NCBI GenBank assembly: GCA_902494195.1
Contig: CABUSH010000010.1
Coordinates: forward strand, 9,523-73,522
Direction: 5' to 3'
Origin: an uncultured Collinsella sp.
Lineage (GTDB): Bacteria > Actinomycetota > Coriobacteriia > Coriobacteriales > Coriobacteriaceae
DNA length: 64,000 nt
Shown: positions 39,061 to 48,963 of the stretch, one piece after another
Layout: each line of letters starts with the position of its first letter
Numbering within the stretch: the first letter of the stretch is position 1
Position numbers and translations under genes: made by a program
Notes under the pieces: generated by a model
Told to the model about the DNA's origin: nothing
What the model saw: only the letters and a program-made list of their open reading frames with translations
Databases searched by the model: none

Positions 39061-40158
39061 ATGTCCTCGACCTTTGGCAACGTTTTGCATCTGAGCATTT
39101 TCGGCCAATCACACTCCCCCGCCATCGGCTGCTCGCTCGATGGCATCCCGGCGGGCATCGCTGTGGACCAGGAGCAGCTGCAGGCCTTTTTGGATCGTCG
39201 CGCCCCCGGTCGCGACGAGACCGCGACCAAACGCCGCGAGGCCGACGCCGCCCACATCATCGCCGGTGTTGTCGATGGACATACCACCGGCGCGCCCATC
39301 GCCGCGATTATCGAGAACACCAACACGCGCTCCAAGGATTACTCCGAGCTGCGCCGCAAGCCCCGTCCGGGACATGCCGATTACCCGGCGCGTGTGAAGT
39401 ATCACAACATGCACGATGTCGCTGGTGGCGGGCATTTCTCCGGCCGCCTAACAGCACCCCTGTGCATCGCCGGCGGCATTGCGCTGCAGGCACTCGAGGC
39501 CCGCGGCATTCAGGTCATGGCGCACGTCGCGCAGACCGGCGGCATCTCCGACCTGCCGATGGACGATATGGTCTATCGCGAGGCCGACCGCAAGGCGATC
39601 CTTACGAACGATCTGCCGTGCATTGACGCCGCCGCAGCCGGCCGCATGCGCGAGGAGATTCTTGCCGCGCGCGACGAGCTCGACAGCATCGGCGGCATCG
39701 TGGAGTGCGGCATTTACGGGCTTCCCGCGGGTATCGGCGACCCCATGTTCGACGGCATCGAAAACCGCATCGCGCAAATCGCGTTTGGCATTCCCGCCGT
39801 AAAGGGCGTGGAGTTTGGCATGGGCTTTGCCGTGGCCGCCATGCGCGGCAGCGAGAACAACGATCCGTATCGCATCGACGCCGAGACCGGCGAAATCGAG
39901 GTCGAGTCCAATAACGCCGGCGGCATCCTGGGCGGTATTTCGACCGGCGCGCCCGTCATGTGGCGCATGGCCGTAAAGCCGACGCCCTCAATTGGCCGCG
40001 AACAGCAGACCGTAGACATGGACGCCATGGAAAATGCCGAGCTCTCAGTCCACGGCCGTCACGATCCCTGCATCGTCCCCCGAGCCGTCCCCGTAGCCGA
40101 AGCAGCCGCCGCCCTCGCCATCTGGGACGCCCTCCTCGAGGACGCAGCCCAGCTCTAA
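39061..40158 (+). CDS. aroC: Chorismate synthase
   Basis: Contains FGQSHSPAIGCSLDG, RPGHADY, GGGHFSGR and GRHDPCIVPRA. Confidence 0.95.
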   Translation: MSSTFGNVLHLSIFGQSHSPAIGCSLDGIPAGIAVDQEQLQAFLDRRAPGRDETATKRREADAAHIIAGVVDGHTTGAPIAAIIENTNTRSKDYSELRRKPRPGHADYPARVKYHNMHDVAGGGHFSGRLTAPLCIAGGIALQALEARGIQVMAHVAQTGGISDLPMDDMVYREADRKAILTNDLPCIDAAAAGRMREEILAARDELDSIGGIVECGIYGLPAGIGDPMFDGIENRIAQIAFGIPAVKGVEFGMGFAVAAMRGSENNDPYRIDAETGEIEVESNNAGGILGGISTGAPVMWRMAVKPTPSIGREQQTVDMDAMENAELSVHGRHDPCIVPRAVPVAEAAAALAIWDALLEDAAQL

Positions 40159-40199
40159 AAATCTCTGGGGGCCAACTCCGGCCCCCCCACGCCCACCCA

Positions 40200-40275
40200 G
40201 TGATTTTTCTGGGACGGGGATTAAAAAATCATTAGGTACGCAATGATTTTTTAATCCCCGTCCCAGAAAAATCAC
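40200..40275. repeat. Perfect 34-bp inverted repeat with 8-nt spacer (MITE/REP-like palindrome or giant RNA hairpin)
   Basis: GTGATTTTTCTGGGACGGGGATTAAAAAATCATT (40200-40233), spacer AGGTACGC, then the exact reverse complement (40242-40275). Read directly from the sequence. Confidence 0.85.
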
Positions 40276-40296
40276 CGACACGTGAAAGGGGTCCCT

Positions 40297-41442
40297 ATGG
40301 ACCTTGCTGACATCCGCCAGACCATCGATGGCATCGACACCGCGCTCCTCAACAGCTTTGTCGAGCGCATGGACATTGCCACCGAAGTCGCCAAGTCAAA
40401 AATCGAGATGGGCAAGGCCGTCTTTGACCCCGCCCGTGAGCGTTCCAAGCTCAACAACCTCGCCAGCCGCGCGCCCGAGCGCTACGAGGCGCAGACCATC
40501 ACCCTGTTCCGTCTCCTCATGAGCATGAGCAAGGCCGAGCAGCAGCGCTACATCAACGAGCTCAAGGGCATCACGGTGTCGCAAAAAGCCCATGCCACGG
40601 CCGTAGCCTTCGATGCGCCCTTCCCCCAAACGGCCAGCGTCGCATGCCAGGGTGTGGAAGGTGCCTATAGCCAGATCGCCGCGTGCAAACTCTTCGACGT
40701 GCCCGACATCGCGTTCTTCGAGACCTTCGAGGGCGTCATGCGCGCCGTGCGCGACGGCTTCTGCGAGTTTGGCGTGCTGCCCATCGAGAACTCCACCGCC
40801 GGCTCAGTCAACGCCGTCTACGACCTGCTCGCCCAGTTCGACTTCTATATCGTGCGCTCGCTACGACTCAAGATCGATCACAACTTGCTCGTCAAACCCG
40901 GCACCAAGCTCGCCGACGTACGCGAGGTCTACAGCCACGGCCAAGCCATTGCCCAGTGTGCCGGCTTTATCGAGTCCCACGACCTGCACGCCACCAAGTA
41001 CCCCAACACCGCCATGTCGGCCGAGATGGTCGCCAGCTCCGAGCGCACCGATGTTGCCGCCATCGCATCGCGCAGCTGCGCGGCACTCTATGGCCTGGAG
41101 GTGCTGGAGCCCAACATTCAGGACTCGGACAACAACTACACGCGCTTTGTCGTCATCAGCCGCGAGCCGCGCGTCTACCCCGGCGCTAATCGCACCTCGC
41201 TCATGATCACCACGGCCAACGAGCCGGGCGCCCTCTATCGCGTGCTCGAGCGCTTCTACGCGCTCAACATCAACCTCATCAAGCTCGAGAGCCGTCCCAT
41301 CCCCGGCCGCGACTTTGAGTTTATGTTCTACTTTGATCTGGACTGCCCCTTTGGCAGCAAGGCCCTCGACGACCTGCTCGATTCCATCGACGAAGTGTGC
41401 GAGAGCTTCACCTACTTTGGCAGCTACACGGAGGTGCTCTAG
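40297..41442 (+). CDS. pheA: Bifunctional chorismate mutase / prephenate dehydratase (P-protein)
   Basis: AroQ-type CM N-terminus (IRQTIDGIDTALLNSFVERM), a PDT core (PIENSTAGSV) and an ACT C-terminus (ESRP). The ATG at 40297 follows AAAGGGG; the track ORF starts at a GTG at 40282. Confidence 0.9.
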   Translation: MDLADIRQTIDGIDTALLNSFVERMDIATEVAKSKIEMGKAVFDPARERSKLNNLASRAPERYEAQTITLFRLLMSMSKAEQQRYINELKGITVSQKAHATAVAFDAPFPQTASVACQGVEGAYSQIAACKLFDVPDIAFFETFEGVMRAVRDGFCEFGVLPIENSTAGSVNAVYDLLAQFDFYIVRSLRLKIDHNLLVKPGTKLADVREVYSHGQAIAQCAGFIESHDLHATKYPNTAMSAEMVASSERTDVAAIASRSCAALYGLEVLEPNIQDSDNNYTRFVVISREPRVYPGANRTSLMITTANEPGALYRVLERFYALNINLIKLESRPIPGRDFEFMFYFDLDCPFGSKALDDLLDSIDEVCESFTYFGSYTEVL

Positions 41443-42693
41443 ATGACCGATACCGCCGCAACCCGTCCCTACGGCGTGCTGGGCCGTGTGCTGGGCCACA
41501 GCTACACCCCGACCATCTACAAGGAGCTCGCTGGGCTCGAGTACGTGCGATTTGAGCGCGAGCCCGAGGACCTCGCGGCCTTTATGATGGGCGACGAGTG
41601 GGAGGGCACCAACGTGACCATCCCCTACAAGCGCGCCGTCATGGAGTATCTGGACGAGCTGAGCCCGCTCGCCGAGCGCATGGGCAACGTCAACACCATC
41701 ACGCGCCTGCCTGACGGCCGCCTGCGCGGCGACAACACCGACTACTTTGGTTTTCAGTGCCTGGTCGAGGAGCTGGGCGTAGAGGTTGCCGGCAAGAAGG
41801 TCCTCGTGCTCGGCGCCACCGGCGGCGCAGGCACCACGGCAAGCATGGTGCTCGGCGACCTTGGCGCCACCGTGGTGCCCGTGGGCCGCACGAGCGAGGT
41901 CAACTACGGCAATATCGCGCAGCAGTCCGACGCCGCCCTGCTCGTCAACTGCACGCCCGCCGGCATGTTCCCCCATTGCCCCGACGCGCCTTGCACGCTC
42001 GAAGGGCTCGATGCGCTCGAAGGCGTTATCGACATTGTCTACAACCCCGCCCGCACGGGACTCATGCTCGAGACCGAGCGCCGCGGCATCCCCTGCATCG
42101 GTGGCCTGCTAATGCTCGTGGCCCAAGCGGCACAGGCCGTCGAGCGCTATACCGGCCAAGTCACCCCGCGCAAGCGCATCTTAGACGTAACGGAGCGCCT
42201 GTCCCGCCGCGAACAGAACATCGCGCTGATCGGCATGCCGGGCTCGGGCAAAACCCGCGTGGGTGAGCAGATCGCCCAGCTCACGGGCCGCGAGCACATC
42301 GACCTCGATCGCGCCCTCGAGAAGCGTCTGGGCATGCCCTGTGCCGACTTTATCGTCGAGCGCGGCGAGGCGGCCTTCCGCAAGCAGGAGACGGCGGCGC
42401 TGTCCGACATCTCCAAGCGCAGCGGCCTGGTGCTCTCCACCGGCGGCGGCGTGGTCACGCGTGACGAGAACTATCCGCTGCTGCACCAGAACAGCCAGAT
42501 CGTGATGCTCAACCGCAAGCTCGATGAACTCGCCCACAAGGGCCGCCCCATCACCGCCCGCGACGGCATCGACAAGCTGGCCGAACAGCGTATGCCGCGC
42601 TACCGCGCCTGGGCCGACTACATCATCGACTCACGCGACTGTGCCGCCAACACCGCCCAAGCCCTCCTCGACACCCTCCCACCCGCTCTCTAA
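41443..42693 (+). CDS. aroE: Fused shikimate dehydrogenase / shikimate kinase
   Basis: The N-terminal 250 aa look like AroE (NVTIPYK, GDNTDYFG, LGATGGAG). The C-terminal 160 aa look like AroK (IALIGMPGSGKT, STGGGVV). Confidence 0.85.
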   Translation: MTDTAATRPYGVLGRVLGHSYTPTIYKELAGLEYVRFEREPEDLAAFMMGDEWEGTNVTIPYKRAVMEYLDELSPLAERMGNVNTITRLPDGRLRGDNTDYFGFQCLVEELGVEVAGKKVLVLGATGGAGTTASMVLGDLGATVVPVGRTSEVNYGNIAQQSDAALLVNCTPAGMFPHCPDAPCTLEGLDALEGVIDIVYNPARTGLMLETERRGIPCIGGLLMLVAQAAQAVERYTGQVTPRKRILDVTERLSRREQNIALIGMPGSGKTRVGEQIAQLTGREHIDLDRALEKRLGMPCADFIVERGEAAFRKQETAALSDISKRSGLVLSTGGGVVTRDENYPLLHQNSQIVMLNRKLDELAHKGRPITARDGIDKLAEQRMPRYRAWADYIIDSRDCAANTAQALLDTLPPAL

Positions 42694-42695
42694 CC

Positions 42696-42736
42696 AAAAC
42701 CACCACAAAGGGGACAGGCACCTTTGTGGTGGTTTT
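42696..42736 (+). terminator. Terminator-like hairpin between aroE/K and aroQ
   Basis: AAAACCACCACAAAGG-N9-CCTTTGTGGTGGTTTT, a perfect 16-bp stem with the T-run inside the 3' arm. Confidence 0.45.
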
Positions 42737-42757
42737 CCAATCGCAAAGGAAGCAACC

Positions 42758-43195
42758 ATGAAAGCACTCGTCATCAATGGCCCCAACCTCAACATGCTTG
42801 GCATTCGCGAGCCGGGCATCTATGGCAGCGACAACTACGACCGCTTAGTGCAGATCTGCCAGGAAGCGGGCGCCGCACAGGGCTTCGACGAGGTCGAGGT
42901 CTTCCAGTCTAACCACGAGGGTAGCATCGTCGACAAGATCCAGGAGGCCTACGGCAAGGTCGACGGCATCGTCATCAATCCGGCGGCCTACACGCACACG
43001 AGCGTGGCGATTCTCGATGCCCTCAAGGCCGTCGCTATCCCTGCCGTCGAGGTACACATCAGCGCCGTAGAGACGCGCGAGGACTTCCGCCAGGTGAGCT
43101 ATGCGCGCTTGGCCTGCTTCGCCACCATCACCGGCGAAGGCCTGCAGGGCTACGCTCACGCGCTGGAGCTGTTGAAAGAGCATCTGGAAAAGTAA
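42758..43195 (+). CDS. aroQ: Type II 3-dehydroquinate dehydratase
   Basis: MKALVINGPNLNMLGIREPGIYG, QSNHEG and INPAAYTHTS. The ATG at 42758 follows AAGGAAG; the upstream part of track ORF 42524..43195 is non-coding read-in. Confidence 0.9.
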   Translation: MKALVINGPNLNMLGIREPGIYGSDNYDRLVQICQEAGAAQGFDEVEVFQSNHEGSIVDKIQEAYGKVDGIVINPAAYTHTSVAILDALKAVAIPAVEVHISAVETREDFRQVSYARLACFATITGEGLQGYAHALELLKEHLEK

Positions 43196-43257
43196 AATGC
43201 CAACCCCAACAAACAGCAGCGGCTTGCTCGCGCTCGGCTTCAGCAGCATACAAGATG

Positions 43258-43289
43258 AAAAAAGCCCAGACCACCAAGCGGTCCGGGCT
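43258..43289 (-). terminator. Intrinsic terminator downstream of tRNA-Arg(TCT)
   Basis: Minus strand reads AGCCCGGACC-N7-GGTCTGGGCT (one mismatch) followed by TTTTTT. It may also serve aroQ. Confidence 0.5.
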
Positions 43290-43299
43290 TAATAAACGA

Positions 43300-43376
43300 T
43301 GGTGCTCCATGGCGGATTCGAACCGTCGACCTTGGGATTAGAAGTCCCCTGCTCTATCCAACTGAGCTAATGGAGC
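43300..43376 (-). tRNA. tRNA-Arg (anticodon TCT)
   Basis: Hand-folded GCTCCAT-TA-GCTC..GAGC-A-GGGGA-CTTCTAA-TCCCA-AGGTC-GACGG-TTCGAAT-CCGCC.., ending ATGGAGC-ACCA. Confidence 0.85.
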
Positions 43377-43430
43377 AAATAACCGCACGCCCAAGCAAGC
43401 GCAAGCCTGTCAGGCGCAAGTAATTATAAC

Positions 43431-44201
43431 CTAGTTGAACTGCTCGCGGTACGCCTTGCAGACCTCATCGACCGGGCCGTCCATGCGAAGGTCACCCTTC
43501 TCAATCCAAACGGCACGCTGGCAGATGCGCTCAACCTGCTCCATGGAGTGCGAAACGAACAGAACCGTCACGTCGCCGCTCTGGATAAAGTGCTGGATAC
43601 GGTCCTCGCACTTCTGCTGGAAGAACACATCACCGACGGATAACGTCTCGTCAACGATCAGAATATCGGGCTCGGTAATCGTCGCGATTGCAAAGGCGAT
43701 ACGCGCCACCATGCCCGAGGAGAAGTTCTTAAGCGGCATATCGACAAAGTTCTGCAGCTCAGCGAACTCGATAATGCCGTCAAAGTTGACGTCGATGAAC
43801 TCCTTGGTATAGCCGAGCAGGGCGCCGTTCAGATAGATGTTCTCGCGGGCGGTCAGCTCGGGGTCAAAGCCGGCACCAAGCTCAATCAACGGTGCGATAT
43901 TGCCATGCACCTTAACGCTGCCCTCGCTAGGCTCAAGAACGCCAGCGATAATCTTGAGCATCGTAGACTTGCCGGAGCCATTGGTGCCGACCAGACCCAC
44001 AACCTCGCCGCGATGAATATCAAACGAGATGTGCTTAAGCGCCCTGAACTCCTCAAAGAACAGCTCGTGCTTGGCAAGCTTAATGAAGTACTCCTTGAGG
44101 TTGGTCAGCGACTCGGACGCCATGTTAAAGATCATGGTGACGTCGTCGACCTCGACAGCCAGAGGCTGCTCGCTGTAATCAACAACAGATTCAGTCATCA
44201 C
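43431..44201 (-). CDS. Polysaccharide/teichoic-acid ABC exporter, ATP-binding subunit (Wzt/TagH/RgpD-like)
   Basis: Walker A GTNGSGKST, signature FSSGM and Walker B ILIVDE. There is no C-terminal carbohydrate-binding extension. Confidence 0.9.
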   Translation of the reverse strand: MMTESVVDYSEQPLAVEVDDVTMIFNMASESLTNLKEYFIKLAKHELFFEEFRALKHISFDIHRGEVVGLVGTNGSGKSTMLKIIAGVLEPSEGSVKVHGNIAPLIELGAGFDPELTARENIYLNGALLGYTKEFIDVNFDGIIEFAELQNFVDMPLKNFSSGMVARIAFAIATITEPDILIVDETLSVGDVFFQQKCEDRIQHFIQSGDVTVLFVSHSMEQVERICQRAVWIEKGDLRMDGPVDEVCKAYREQFN

Positions 44202-44209
44202 AGCACTCC

Positions 44210-45055
44210 TTAGATGTAGAGGATAAATTTGCGCTCGGACTTATGGAACACGGTATAGCCAATAATAAGCGCAAGAACCGCCCAAGCGACGCACATACCA
44301 AACGTCATAAGCGAGGGCGTAGTCTGGAACAGGAAGATATCGCGCATAAACTGCAGGTAGTTGAACATGGGGTTCGCATACATCAAGATACGCACGAGAT
44401 GCGGCATTTGCGCAATATAGTCAGTCGTCCAGAAGATGGGCGTAATGTAAGTCCACGCCGTAATGACGACGCTCCACAGATGCATAACGTCGCGGAAGAA
44501 GACCGTAAGGGCAGAGAGCATCATGCCCAGGCCCATGCAGAAGCACATAAGCAGCAGCAGGCAAACCGGCAACAGAATCAGGTGCCAAGAAGGCATAACG
44601 CGGAACCACAGCATGACGATGGCGACGGCGACCAGCGAGAAGGCAAAGTTGACCAGCGAGAAGAGCACCTTCTGCACCGGGAAAACCCAGCGGTGCACCT
44701 TAACCTTCTTGAGCAGCGGGGCAGCGCCCACGATCGACGTCAGGGCCTGGTTAGTAGACTCAGACATGACGGCAAAGGTAATGTTACCCACGATCAAGTA
44801 CAGCGGGTACATCTCGGGCGTCATTGAGCCATTGCGGCCCTGGCCAAAAATCGTCGAGAACACGATGGCCATGACGATCATCATCAGCAGCGGGTTGAGC
44901 ACCGACCATGCGACGCCCAGAACGCTACGGCGATACTTGATCTTAAAATCCTTGGTAACCAGCTGACGAAGGATAAACGCGTCCTTCTCAAATTCGTTCT
45001 TAGCAAACGTCGCAGGCAGACTGCGAGTTTCTTGTTGCTTTGTCTGATCCGACAC
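44210..45055 (-). CDS. ABC-2 type polysaccharide exporter permease (Wzm/TagG/RgpC-like)
   Basis: Six-TM ABC-2 pattern with KIKYRRSVLGVAWSVLNPLL. The GTG at 45055 lies 8 nt after AAAGGAG; the track ORF extends to 45118. Confidence 0.85.
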   Translation of the reverse strand: MSDQTKQQETRSLPATFAKNEFEKDAFILRQLVTKDFKIKYRRSVLGVAWSVLNPLLMMIVMAIVFSTIFGQGRNGSMTPEMYPLYLIVGNITFAVMSESTNQALTSIVGAAPLLKKVKVHRWVFPVQKVLFSLVNFAFSLVAVAIVMLWFRVMPSWHLILLPVCLLLLMCFCMGLGMMLSALTVFFRDVMHLWSVVITAWTYITPIFWTTDYIAQMPHLVRILMYANPMFNYLQFMRDIFLFQTTPSLMTFGMCVAWAVLALIIGYTVFHKSERKFILYI

Positions 45056-45155
45056 GGATGCAACTCCTTTACTCGTAATCGTTGACAAACGAACAGTATA
45101 GACCCGACGGCCATGCAAACGATTCGCGCAACAAAACTGGAGAACTAACCCACAT

Positions 45156-45184
45156 CTTAGGATGCCAGGCCCAAACGGCTATAC
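45156..45184 (+). promoter_or_regulatory. Candidate sigma-70-type promoter for the GT2 gene
   Basis: TTAGGA, 17 nt, then TATACT, 31 nt upstream of the GTG start. Confidence 0.35.
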
Positions 45185-45215
45185 TTTCTAGGATTGAATG
45201 TATAAGGAGCATTAA

Positions 45216-46187
45216 GTGAATTCTGAATCCATCGCCGTCATCATCCCTTGCTACAACGAAGCGCTCACGATCGGCAAAGTCATCGACGACTTTCACCGCG
45301 AGCTTCCGCAGGCGACGGTCTATGTCTATGACAACAACTCGTCGGACGATACCTCACGCATTGCCACCGAGCACGGCGCCACAGTCCGCTTTGAGCCCCG
45401 TCAGGGAAAGGGCAACGTGTGCCGCCAGATGTTTCGCGATATCGACGCCGATTGCTACCTGATGGTCGACGGAGACGACACCTACCCCGCCGAGGCGGCC
45501 AAGGCCCTCTGCGAGCCCATCCTTAACGGCACGGCCGACATGACCGTAGGCGATCGCCTTTCCAACGGCACCTACGCCGAGGAGAACAAGCGTGCCTTCC
45601 ACGGCTTTGGCAATAATCTGGTCCGCGCCATGATCAAGTGGATCTATGGCTACAGCTTCGATGACGTCATGACAGGTTACCGCGCCATGAGCCGCCCGTT
45701 CGTTAAAACCTTCCCTGTGCTTTCCGAGGGCTTCCAGATCGAAACCGAGCTCTCGATCCACGCCGTCGACCACCGCTGGCGCATCAAAGACGTGCCCATC
45801 GAGTACCGCGACCGTCCGGAAGGCTCCGAGTCCAAGCTCAATACCGTGAGCGACGGCATTAAAGTCGTTGCGATGATCGGCACGCTGTTCAAGGACTACC
45901 GCCCGCTGAAGTTCTTCAGCCTCGTCGCGCTTCTATTCGCGATTATCGGCCTGGTTTTGGGCATTCCTATCTTTGTTGAGTACTTTCAGACCGGCCTGGC
46001 CCCGCGTTTCCCCACTGCCATGCTTGCTGCATCGTTTATGTTCCTCTGTGGTCTGAGCCTTGCAACCGGATTCATCCTGGATTCTGTGGCAAAGGTCGAA
46101 AAAAAGCAGTGGGAGGTCAACGTGTACAGCAAATACGCCTACGATGACCAGCCCGGCAAGTCCGCCACCGAGACAAGCGAGAGGTAG
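45216..46187 (+). CDS. GT2 polyprenyl-phosphate glycosyltransferase (GtrB/CsbB/DPM1-like, two C-terminal TM helices)
   Basis: Contains AVIIPCYNEA and MVDGDDTYP (DxD), with two TM helices at the C-terminus. GTG start 6 nt after AAGGAG. Confidence 0.85.
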   Translation: MNSESIAVIIPCYNEALTIGKVIDDFHRELPQATVYVYDNNSSDDTSRIATEHGATVRFEPRQGKGNVCRQMFRDIDADCYLMVDGDDTYPAEAAKALCEPILNGTADMTVGDRLSNGTYAEENKRAFHGFGNNLVRAMIKWIYGYSFDDVMTGYRAMSRPFVKTFPVLSEGFQIETELSIHAVDHRWRIKDVPIEYRDRPEGSESKLNTVSDGIKVVAMIGTLFKDYRPLKFFSLVALLFAIIGLVLGIPIFVEYFQTGLAPRFPTAMLAASFMFLCGLSLATGFILDSVAKVEKKQWEVNVYSKYAYDDQPGKSATETSER

Positions 46188-46237
46188 ATCTTCCGCAGAA
46201 TACTATTGGCACCACTGCGCAGATAGCCACCAACAAG

Positions 46238-46268
46238 AAAAGCCACCGTTAACAAGCGGCGGCTTTTG
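46238..46268. terminator. Hairpin between convergent GT2 and rfbCD
   Basis: AAAAGCCACCG-N8-CGGCGGCTTTTG (one mismatch), flanked by an A-run and a T-run, so possibly bidirectional. Confidence 0.4.
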
Positions 46269-46289
46269 CTCTCGAAAAGTTAATAGCGG

Positions 46290-47744
46290 CTAGAGCGTCT
46301 TGAGGTATTCCCCTAGCTCTTCCTCCCAGTCGGGCATGTGGAACCCGACCGACTCGAGCTTGGACAGGTCGAGCGCGGAGTGGACCGGGCGCGGGGCGAC
46401 GGGGCCGGCGGCGCTGGCGTAGTAGTCGGCGGTCGATACCGGCACGACCCTGTCGCCGTTGCCGTTGGCGGCCTCGAAGACGGCGCGGGCGATGTCGGCC
46501 CAGGACCTGACCGCGCCCGAGCCGGTGCAGTCGTAGGTGCCGTAGGGGGCGTTCGTCCCCAGCACGTGGAAGATGGCCCCGGCCATGTCGCGCGTGAAGG
46601 TCAGGCGTCCCAGCTGGTCGTCCACGACGGTGACCTGCTCCAACTTGTCCTCCGGGTCGGCGACGCGGTCGGACAGCCCCTTCATGGTCTTGACGAAGTT
46701 GTGGCCCTCGCCGATGACCCAGCTGGAGCGCATGATGTAGTGGCGCGGGCAGCCGGCCACGGCGATGTCGCCCGCCGCCTTGGTCTGCCCGTAGACGGAC
46801 AGCGGGCTGAACGGCTCGTCCTCGTCGTGGACCTCGGCCGTGCCGTCGAAGACGTAGTCGGAGGACACGTGGACCAGCGTGATCCCGTGCCCGGCGCAGG
46901 TGCGTGCGAGAAGCGCCGGCCCGGTGGCGTTGGCCTTCCAGGCGGTCACGCGGCCCTCGGGGGTCTCCGCTTTATCCACGGCCGTGTAGGCGCCGCAGTT
47001 GATGACCGTGCCGTAGAGCGACCAGTCGTACTGCGCGTAGGCGTCCGGGTCGGACATGTCGAAGGTGTCGATGTCGCAGAAGTCGAAGTCCTTCGCCACC
47101 CCGCGCTCCTCGGCGAGCTTTCGCACCGCGCGGCCCAGCTGGCCGTTGCAGCCGGTGACGAGGGTGCGCTTCGGCGCCATGGGAACGACGTCCCTCAGCA
47201 TCGGGTGGTTGAGGTCGGCGTCGGAGACGGTGGCCTCGGAGAGCGGGATCGGCCACTCGATGGCGAGCTCGGGGTCTGCGAGGTTCACGAAGGTGTAGGT
47301 CTTCTTGAGCTCGAGGGACCAGTGGGCGTCCACCAGGTAGGTGTAGGCGGTGCCGTCCTCCAGCGCCTGGAAGGAGTTGCCCACGCCGCGCGGGACGTAG
47401 ATGGCCTTGCTCGGGTCCAGGGTGCAGGTGAACACCTTGCCGAAGGTCTCGCTGCCCTCGCGCAGGTCCACCCAGGCGCCGAAGACCGAGCCGCGGGCCA
47501 CGGAGATGAACTTGTCCCAGGGCTCGGCGTGGATGCCGCGGGTTACGCCGCGGCTGTCGTTGTAGGAGATGTTGTTCTGGACGACGCGGAGGTCCGGGAT
47601 GCCCAGGGCGGTCATCTTGGCGCGCTGCCAGTTCTCCTTGAACCAGCCGCGCGAGTCGCCGTGGACGGCGAGGTCGACGACCTTGAGGCCCCCGATGCCG
47701 GTCTCGGCGACGGAGAGGTCCTTCTCGAATGCGATGTCTGTCAT
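46290..47744 (-). CDS. rfbC: Fused dTDP-4-dehydrorhamnose 3,5-epimerase / dTDP-4-dehydrorhamnose reductase
   Basis: From MTDIAFEKD (ATG at 47744, AGGAGG upstream). Cupin RmlC-like N-terminus (HGDSRGWFKENW, GIHAEPWDK) and RmlD-like C-terminus (LVTGCNGQLG, YGQTKAAGD). The track ORF to 48086 would overlap rfbB and is rejected. Confidence 0.85.
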   Translation of the reverse strand: MTDIAFEKDLSVAETGIGGLKVVDLAVHGDSRGWFKENWQRAKMTALGIPDLRVVQNNISYNDSRGVTRGIHAEPWDKFISVARGSVFGAWVDLREGSETFGKVFTCTLDPSKAIYVPRGVGNSFQALEDGTAYTYLVDAHWSLELKKTYTFVNLADPELAIEWPIPLSEATVSDADLNHPMLRDVVPMAPKRTLVTGCNGQLGRAVRKLAEERGVAKDFDFCDIDTFDMSDPDAYAQYDWSLYGTVINCGAYTAVDKAETPEGRVTAWKANATGPALLARTCAGHGITLVHVSSDYVFDGTAEVHDEDEPFSPLSVYGQTKAAGDIAVAGCPRHYIMRSSWVIGEGHNFVKTMKGLSDRVADPEDKLEQVTVVDDQLGRLTFTRDMAGAIFHVLGTNAPYGTYDCTGSGAVRSWADIARAVFEAANGNGDRVVPVSTADYYASAAGPVAPRPVHSALDLSKLESVGFHMPDWEEELGEYLKTL

Positions 47745-47758
47745 CTGTCTATCCCCTC

Positions 47759-48844
<1,086 letters not shown>

Positions 48845-48963
48845 TCAACAAAACTATCGGACATTTCGGCATGCGATAAGAGCCATAACCTTCGCAGAAT
48901 TACTTCCCGTACAAAACGTCTCCGGAATGCAATCTTTGTCGTAGTGAAAAACCGAATCCCCAG

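Noticed and set aside
42524-42757. Upstream 78 codons of the aroQ-containing ORF
   Set aside because: The region overlaps the end of aroE/K and the hairpin. The conserved AroQ N-terminus (MKALVINGPNLN) begins at the ATG at 42758, which has its own RBS.
43300-43376. tRNA-Arg(TCT) as the integration site of the polysaccharide island
   Set aside because: The accessory DNA lies on the 5' side of the tRNA, whereas integrases normally target the 3' end. I found no integrase and no repeat of the tRNA 3' end. It is kept only as a boundary marker.
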